From Balanoglossus misakiensis (Eukaryota > Animalia > Hemichordata): a stretch of 64,000 bases of DNA. Numbering within the stretch: position 1 is the first letter of the stretch; each line of letters starts with the position of its first letter. Where the stretch lies: positions 1 to 64,000 of the forward strand of contig CM082590.2 of the NCBI GenBank assembly GCA_040954595.2. Direction: 5' to 3'. Under the pieces are notes generated by a model that had not been told where the DNA came from, did not search any database, and was given only the letters and a program-made list of their open reading frames with translations. Shown here piece by piece: positions 55,101-64,000 of the stretch. The translations under genes were made by a program, and so were the position numbers.

Positions 55101-58100
55101 ATCTCAAGTTTACCATGGTAACTGTAGTTAAATTTCCATAGGTGACAATAAACCTTAACATATCCCGGTAATTGTGTAGAATAAGATGTCATTGTTGTGT
55201 GTAGCAGTTCTGTATCCTGCTGGAAGACGTACGGTTGAAGCAACTCCAATAAGCCGAGAATGTGCGAGAAGAAGAGAAGATGGTGGCGAGATCGGAACTC
55301 GGGAAACGTCAGATGAACGCGTCTTTTCAAGGCGGCTGAAATCATGGCCATTTGTCTGAAATTTGAAAATGAGATAAATAGGACATCAAATCAGGTCCAA
55401 TAATCAATATCATTCAAGGTAAGCTAATTACCAGGTCCAAAAAATATGAGAAAGAACGATAATGTCAACAGGATCATCTTTAACCACTGCTAAGTGGTGG
55501 TACCAGGTGTCTTGAATGGGTAAGGCATATCAGGCCAGCATGCTACACCAGTCAAGACTGACCACAAGTGACATGTTACAGTGAAATTTGGCTAACTATC
55601 GAACTACTGTTGCAAGTCAAATCCAGGAATGATGTCACTCATCATTTGAGTGACAGACGTGTCACATTTTCACTGATCATCACTTTGATCTTAGAATGAC
55701 CATTGTGACTGTCGGACATACTTATTTGCTTACCTGAGTAACAATGTCGGATGAGATGTTGCTATCTTTCGGAGCGCAATGTTGGCATCATTCATTTTGT
55801 TTTCGCAATTTCGTCCAGCTTTTGTTGCGGCCAACGTCAACAATAAACTGTGGATCAACACATCGAACTGAAACAAATATCAACCAAGACACTTAAAGGG
55901 TATTCTGTAAATATGTGTGTCTTTTCAAAATGTGCATACCATCTGTTATAATTTGGACTACCTATCACTTTTGACAGTTGTGACAAGAAAAAGGCACATC
56001 TACGCTAAACGGTACAGTGAAACCTGTCATTATGGACACCTCTCTATTAAAGGTATACAGTCACCTCCAATTTATACGCCCATATATGGCTGAAATGGCG
56101 TATTTGGGCATTATAAAGAACATATGTTGGCGCCCTTTTTTCGCGTGTGCCACCCACTGAAAATCAGTGATTGGCTAGATCTCAAGTTTACCATGGTAAC
56201 TGTAGTTAAATTTCCATAGGTGACAATATACCTTAACATATCCCGGTAATTGTGTAGAATAAGATGTCATTGTTGTGTGTAGCAGTTCTGTATCCTGCTG
56301 GAAGACGTACGGTTGAAGCAACTCCAATAAGCCGAGAATGTGCGAGAAGAAGAGAAGATGGTGGCGAGATCGGAACTCGGGAAACGTCAGATGAACGCGT
56401 CTTTTCAAGGCGGCTGAAATCATGGCCATTTGTCTGAAATTTGAAAATGAGATAAATAGGACATCAAATCAGGTCCAATAATCAATATCATTCAAGGTAA
56501 GCTAATTACCAGGTCCAAAAAATATGAGAAAGAACGATAGTGTCAACAGGATCATCTTTAAGCACTGCTAAGTGGTGGTACCAGGTGTCTTGAATGGGTA
56601 AGGCATATCAGGCCAGCATGCTACACCAGTCAAGACTGACCACAAGTGACATGTTACAGTGAAATTTGGCTAACTATCGAACTACTGTTGCAAGTCAAAT
56701 CCAGGAATGATGTCACTCATCATTTGAGTGACAGACGTGTCACATTTTCACTGATCATCACTTTGATCTTAGAATGACCATTGTGACTGTCGGACATACT
56801 TATTTGCTTACCCGAGTAACAATGTCGGATGAGATGTTGCTATCTTTCGGAGCGCAATGTTGGCATCATTCATTTTGTTTTCGCAATTTCGTCCAGCTTT
56901 TGTTGCGGCCAAAGTCAACAATAAACTGTGGGTCAACACATCGAACTGAAACAAATATCAACCAAGACACTTAAAGGGTATTCTGTAAATATGTGTGTCT
57001 TTTCAAAATGTGCATACCATCTGTTATAATTTGGACTACCTATCACTTTTGACAGTTGTGACAAGAAAAAGGCACATCTACGCTAAACGGTACAGTATAT
57101 CCTGTCATTATGGACACCTCTCTATTAAAGGTATACAGTCACCTCCAATTTATACGCCCATATATGGCTGAAATGGCGTATTTGGGCATTATAAAGAACA
57201 TATGTTGGCGCCCTTTTTACGCGTGTGCCACCCACTGAAAATCAGTGATTGGCTAGATCTCAAGTTTACCATGGTAACTGTAGTTAAATTTCCATAGGTG
57301 ACAATATACCTTAACATTTCCCGGTAATTGTGTAGAATAAGATGTCATTGTTGTGTGTAGCAGTTCTGTATCCTGCTGGAAGACGTACGGTTGAAGCAAC
57401 TCCAATAAGCCGAGAATGTGCGAGAAGAAGAGAAGATGGTGGCGAGATCGGAACTCGGGAAACGTCAGATGAACGCGTCCTTTCAAGGCGGCTGAAATCA
57501 TGGCTATTTGTCTGAAATTTGAAAATGAGATAAATTGGACATCAAATCAGGTCCAATAATCAATATCATTCAAGGTAAGCTAATTACCAGGTCCAAAAAA
57601 TATGAGAAAGAACGATAATGTCAACAGGATCATCTTTAACCACTGCTAAGTGGTGGTACCAGGTGTCTTGAATGGGTAAGGCATATCAGGCCAGCATGCT
57701 ACACCAAGTCAAGACTGACCACAAGTGACATGTTACAGTGAAATTTGGCTAACTATCGAACTACTGTTGCAAGTCAAATCCAGGAATGATGTCACTCATC
57801 ATTTGAGTGACTGACGTGTCACATTTTCACTGATCATCACTTTGATCTTAGAATGACCATTGTGACTGTCGGACATACTTATTTGCTTACCTGAGTAACA
57901 ATGTCGGATGAGATGTTGCTATCTTTCGGAGCGCAATGTTGGCATCATTCATTTTGTTTTCGCAATTTCGTCCAGCTTTTGTTGCGGCCAACGTCAACAA
58001 TAAACTGTGGGTCAACACATCGAACTGAAACAAATATCAACCAAGACACTTAAAGGGTATTCTGTAAATATGTGTGTCTTTTCAAAATGTGCATACCATC

Positions 58101-61100
58101 TGTTATAATTTGGACTACCTATCACTTTTGACAGTTGTGACAAGAAAAAAGCACATCTACGCTAAACGGTACAGTGAAACCTGTCATTATGGACACCTCT
58201 CTATTAAAGGTATACAGTCACCTCCAATTTATACGCCCATATATGGCTGAAATGGCGTATTTGGGCATTATAAAGAACATATGTTGGCGCCCTTTTTTCG
58301 CGTGTGCCACCCACTGAAAATCAGTGATTGGCTAGATCTCAAGTTTACCATGGTAACTGTAGTTAAATTTCCATAGGTGACAATATACCTTAACATATCC
58401 CGGTAATTGTGTAGAATAAGATGTCATTGTTGTGTGTAGCAGTTCTGTATCCTGCTGGAAGACGTACGGTTGAAGCAACTCCAATAAGCCGAGAATGTGC
58501 GAGAAGAAGAGAAGATGGTGGCGAGATCGGAACTCGGGAAACGTCAGATGAACGCGTCTTTTCAAGGCGGCTGAAATCATGGCCATTTGTCTGAAATTTG
58601 AAAATGAGATAAATTGGACATCAAATCAGGTCCAATAATCAATATCATTCAAGGTAAGCTAATTACCAGGTCCAAAAAATATGAGAAAGAACGATAATGT
58701 CAACAGGATCATCTTTAACCACTGCTAAGTGGTGGTACCAGGTGTCTTGAATGGGTAAGGCATATCAGGCCAGCATGCTACACCAAGTCAAGACTGACCA
58801 CAACTGACATGTTACAGTGAAATTTGGCTAACTATCGAACTACTGTTGCAAGTCAAATCCAGGAATGATGTCACTCATCATTTGAGTGACAGACGTGTCA
58901 CATTTTCACTGATCATCACTTTGATCTTAGAATGACCATTGTGACTGTCGGACATACTTATTTGCTTACCCGAGTAACAATGTCGGATGAGATGTTGCTA
59001 TCTTTCGGAGCGCAATGTTGGCATCATTCATTTTGTTTTCGCAATTTCGTCCAGCTTTTGTTGCGGCCAACGTCAACAATAAACTGTGGGTCAACACATC
59101 GAACTGAAACAAATATCAACCAAGACACTTAAAGGGTATTCTGTAAATATGTGTGTCTTTTCAAAATGTGCATACCATCTGTTATAATTTGGACTACCTA
59201 TCACTTTTGACAGTTGTGACAAGAAAAAGGCACATCTACGCTAAACGGTACAGTGAAACCTGTCATTATGGACACCTCTCTATTAAAGGTATACAGTCAC
59301 CTCCAATTTATACGCCCATATATGGCTGAAATGGCGTATTTGGGCATTATAAAGAACATATGTTGGCGCCCTTTTTTCGCGTGTGCCACCCACTGAAAAT
59401 CAGTGATTGGCTAGATCTCAAGTTTACCATGGTAACTGTAGTTAAATTTCCATAGGTGACAATATACCTTAACATATCCCGGTAATTGTGTAGAATAAGA
59501 TGTCATTGTTGTGTGTAGCAGTTCTGTATCCTGCTGGAAGACGTACGGTTGAAGCAACTCCAATAAGCCGAGAATGTGCGAGAAGAAGAGAAGATGGTGG
59601 CGAGATCGGAACTCGGGAAACGTCAGATGAACGCGTCTTTTCAAGGCGGCTGAAATCATGGCCATTTGTCTGAAATTTGAAAATGAGATAAATTGGACAT
59701 CAAATCAGGTCCAATAATCAATATCATTCAAGGTAAGCTAATTACCAGGTCCAAAAAATATGAGAAAGAACGATAATGTCAACAGGATCATCTTTAACCA
59801 CTGCTAAGTGGTGGTACCAGGTGTCTTGAATGGGTAAGGCATATCAGGCCAGCATGCTACACCAAGTCAAGACTGACCACAACTGACATGTTACAGTGAA
59901 ATTTGGCTAACTATCGAACTACTGTTGCAAGTCAAATCCAGGAATGATGTCACTCATCATTTGAGTGACAGACGTGTCACATTTTCACTGATCATCACTT
60001 TGATCTTAGAATGACCATTGTGACTGTCGGACATACTTATTTGCTTACCCGAGTAACAATGTCGGATGAGATGTTGCTATCTTTCGGAGCGCAATGTTGG
60101 CATCATTCATTTTGTTTTCGCAATTTCGTCCAGCTTTTGTTGCGGCCAACGTCAACAATAAACTGTGGGTCAACACATCGAACTGAAACAAATATCAACC
60201 AAGACACTTAAAGGGTATTCTGTAAATATGTGTGTCTTTTCAAAATGTGCATACCATCTGTTATAATTTGGACTACCTATCACTTTTGACAGTTGTGACA
60301 AGAAAAAGGCACATCTACGCTAAACGGTACAGTGAAACCTGTCATTATGGACACCTCTCTATTAAAGGTATACAGTCACCTCCAATTTATACGCCCATAT
60401 ATGGCTGAAATGGCGTATTTGGGCATTATAAAGAACATATGTTGGCGCCCTTTTTTCGCGTGTGCCACCCACTGAAAATCAGTGATTGGCTAGATCTCAA
60501 GTTTACCATGGTAACTGTAGTTAAATTTCCATAGGTGACAATATACCTTAACATATCCCGGTAATTGTGTAGAATAAGATGTCATTGTTGTGTGTAGCAG
60601 TTCTGTATCCTGCTGGAAGACGTACGGTTGAAGCAACTCCAATAAGCCGAGAATGTGCGAGAAGAAGAGAAGATGGTGGCGAGATCGGAACTCGGGAAAC
60701 GTCAGATGAACGCGTCTTTTCAAGGCGGCTGAAATCATGGCCATTTGTCTGAAATTTGAAAATGAGATAAATAGGACATCAAATCAGGTCCAATAATCAA
60801 TATCATTCAAGGTAAGCTAATTACCAGGTCCAAAAAATATGAGAAAGAACGATAATGTCAACAGGATCATCTTTAACCACTGCTAAGTGGTGGTACCAGG
60901 TGTCTTGAATGGGTAAGGCATATCAGGCCAGCATGCTACACCAGTCAAGACTGACCACAAGTGACATGTTACAGTGAAATTTGGCTAACTATCGAACTAC
61001 TGTTGCAAGTCAAATCCAGGAATGATGTCACTCATCATTTGAGTGACAGACGTGTCACATTTTCACTGATCATCACTTTGATCTTAGAATGACCATTGTG

Positions 61101-63818
61101 ACTGTCGGACATACTTATTTGCTTACCTGAGTAACAATGTCGGATGAGATGTTGCTATCTTTCGGAGCGCAATGTTGGCATCATTCATTTTGTTTTCGCA
61201 ATTTCGTCCAGCTTTTGTTGCGGCCAACGTCAACAATAAACTGTGGGTCAACACATCGAACTGAAACAAATATCAACCAAGACACTTAAAGGGTATTCTG
61301 TAAATATGTGTGTCTTTTCAAAATGTGCATACCATCTGTTATAATTTGGACTACCTATCACTTTTGACAGTTGTGACAAGAAAAAGGCACATCTACGCTA
61401 AACGGTACAGTGAAACCTGTCATTATGGACACCTCTCTATTAAAGGTATACAGTCACCTCCAATTTATACGCCCATATATGGCTGAAATGGCGTATTTGG
61501 GCATTATAAAGAACATATGTTGGCGCCCTTTTTTCGCGTGTGCCACCCACTGAAAATCAGTGATTGGCTAGATCTCAAGTTTACCATGGTAACTGTAGTT
61601 AAATTTCCATAGGTGACAATATACCTTAACATATCCCGGTAATTGTGTAGAATAAGATGTCATTGTTGTGTGTAGCAGTTCTGTATCCTGCTGGAAGACG
61701 TACGGTTGAAGCAACTCCAATAAGCCGAGAATGTGCGAGAAGAAGAGAAGATGGTGGCGAGATCGGAACTCGGGAAACGTCAGATGAACGCGTCTTTTCA
61801 AGGCGGCTGAAATCATGGCCATTTGTCTGAAATTTGAAAATGAGATAAATAGGACATCAAATCAGGTCCAATAATCAATATCATTCAAGGTAAGCTAATT
61901 ACCAGGTCCAAAAAATATGAGAAAGAACGATAGTGTCAACAGGATCATCTTTAAGCACTGCTAAGTGGTGGTACCAGGTGTCTTGAATGGGTAAGGCATA
62001 TCAGGCCAGCATGCTACACCAGTCAAGACTGACCACAAGTGACATGTTACAGTGAAATTTGGCTAACTATCGAACTACTGTTGCAAGTCAAATCCAGGAA
62101 TGATGTCACTCATCATTTGAGTGACAGACGTGTCACATTTTCACTGATCATCACTTTGATCTTAGAATGACCATTGTGACTGTCGGACATACTTATTTGC
62201 TTACCCGAGTAACAATGTCGGATGAGATGTTGCTATCTTTCGGAGCGCAATGTTGGCATCATTCATTTTGTTTTCGCAATTTCGTCCAGCTTTTGTTGCG
62301 GCCAAAGTCAACAATAAACTGTGGGTCAACACATCGAACTGAAACAAATATCAACCAAGACACTTAAAGGGTATTCTGTAAATATGTGTGTCTTTTCAAA
62401 ATGTGCATACCATCTGTTATAATTTGGACTACCTATCACTTTTGACAGTTGTGACAAGAAAAAGGCACATCTACGCTAAACGGTACAGTATATCCTGTCA
62501 TTATGGACACCTCTCTATTAAAGGTATACAGTCACCTCCAATTTATACGCCCATATATGGCTGAAATGGCGTATTTGGGCATTATAAAGAACATATGTTG
62601 GCGCCCTTTTTACGCGTGTGCCACCCACTGAAAATCAGTGATTGGCTAGATCTCAAGTTTACCATGGCAACTGTAGTTAAATTTCCATAGGTGACAATAT
62701 ACCTTAACATTTCCCGGTAATTGTGTAGAATAAGATGTCATTGTTGTGTGTAGCAGTTCTGTATCCTGCTGGAAGACGTACGGTTGAAGCAACTCCAATA
62801 AGCCGAGAATGTGCGAGAAGAAGAGAAGATGGTGGCGAGATCGGAACTCGGGAAACGTCAGATGAACGCGTCCTTTCAAGGCGGCTGAAATCATGGCTAT
62901 TTGTCTGAAATTTGAAAATGAGATAAATTGGACATCAAATCAGGTCCAATAATCAATATCATTCAAGGTAAGCTAATTACCAGGTCCAAAAAATATGAGA
63001 AAGAACGATAATGTCAACAGGATCATCTTTAACCACTGCTAAGTGGTGGTACCAGGTGTCTTGAATGGGTAAGGCATATCAGGCCAGCATGCTACACCAA
63101 GTCAAGACTGACCACAAGTGACATGTTACAGTGAAATTTGGCTAACTATCGAACTACTGTTGCAAGTCAAATCCAGGAATGATGTCACTCATCATTTGAG
63201 TGACTGACGTGTCACATTTTCACTGATCATCACTTTGATCTTAGAATGACCATTGTGACTGTCGGACATACTTATTTGCTTACCTGAGTAACAATGTCGG
63301 ATGAGATGTTGCTATCTTTCGGAGCGCAATGTTGGCATCATTCATTTTGTTTTCGCAATTTCGTCCAGCTTTTGTTGCGGCCAACGTCAACAATAAACTG
63401 TGGGTCAACACATCGAACTGAAACAAATATCAACCAAGACACTTAAAGGGTATTCTGTAAATATGTGTGTCTTTTCAAAATGTGCATACCATCTGTTATA
63501 ATTTGGACTACCTATCACTTTTGACAGTTGTGACAAGAAAAAAGCACATCTACGCTAAACGGTACAGTGAAACCTGTCATTATGGACACCTCTCTATTAA
63601 AGGTATACAGTCACCTCCAATTTATACGCCCATATATGGCTGAAATGGCGTATTTGGGCATTATAAAGAACATATGTTGGCGCCCTTTTTTCGCGTGTGC
63701 CACCCACTGAAAATCAGTGATTGGCTAGATCTCAAGTTTACCATGGTAACTGTAGTTAAATTTCCATAGGTGACAATATACCTTAACATATCCCGGTAAT
63801 TGTGTAGTGAATTCTTAC

Positions 63819-64000
63819 CCTGGTGAGGTGGAAATAAGATGTCATTGTTGTGTGTAGCAGTTCTGTATCCTGCTGGAAGACGTACGGTTGAAGCAACTCC
63901 AATAAGCCGAGAATGTGCGAGAAGAAGAGAAGATGGTGGCGAGATCGGAACTCGGGAAACGTCAGATGAACGCGTCCTTTCAAGGCGGCTGAAATCATGG
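63819..64000 (-). pseudogene. INTS1: INTS1-like exon B, copy 45, donor intact, cut by the window edge
   Basis: TGAATTCTTACCCTGGTGAGGTGGA is present at about 63808-63832. Matches ORF-track entry 63783..63998. Confidence 0.8.

Larger units (their letters stand above)
15931..64000 (-). repeat. ~1078-bp tandem array (44 complete copies plus a partial 45th; continues past the window); the monomer is an exon-intron-exon fragment of an INTS1-like gene
   Basis: The unit starts TGGCTAGATCTC at 15931, 17035 and so on. The same minus-strand ORF appears 45 times in the ORF track, mostly 1078-1079 bp apart. Copies differ by a few SNPs and small indels. Confidence 0.98.

Noticed and set aside
17637-62367. 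Recurrent 66-aa plus-strand ORF (MTIVTVGHTY...)
   Set aside because: It is the antisense shadow of exon A and is broken by a stop in several copies.
17038-62894. Treating the 82-84 aa minus-strand ORFs as a tandem family of small genes
   Set aside because: They are an internal exon reading through into intron. The Met is internal and preceded by a splice acceptor, and no promoter is evident.
7846-64000. CRISPR array, or rDNA/5S/snRNA/histone tandem cluster
   Set aside because: There are no unique spacers, the context is eukaryotic, and I recognise no structural RNA or histone sequence in either monomer.

Overview
This window is the left end of a eukaryotic chromosome with TTAGGG telomeres and GT-AG introns, probably from an invertebrate animal. 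From the tip inward it contains: (1) about 3.1 kb of (CCCTAA)n telomere; (2) a degenerate GGTCAA/GGGTTAG-rich subtelomeric repeat whose distal 385 bp is an inverted copy of an internal segment, with the telomere joined directly onto it; (3) an AT-rich decayed repeat that grades into about 12 copies of a 623-bp satellite; (4) about 650 bp of unique sequence; (5) at least 48 kb (44 full copies plus one partial) of a ~1078-bp tandem repeat. The monomer of that last array is a genomic piece of a gene: two minus-strand exons plus introns. Spliced together they give 108 codons that I recognise from memory (no search run) as the C-terminal region of Integrator complex subunit 1 (INTS1). The two-exon module is phase-symmetric. 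Only 3 of the 45 copies keep the second exon's splice donor, and one copy carries a 314-bp hairpin-rich non-autonomous transposon. No complete gene is visible; the short ORFs in the track are by-products of the repeats.
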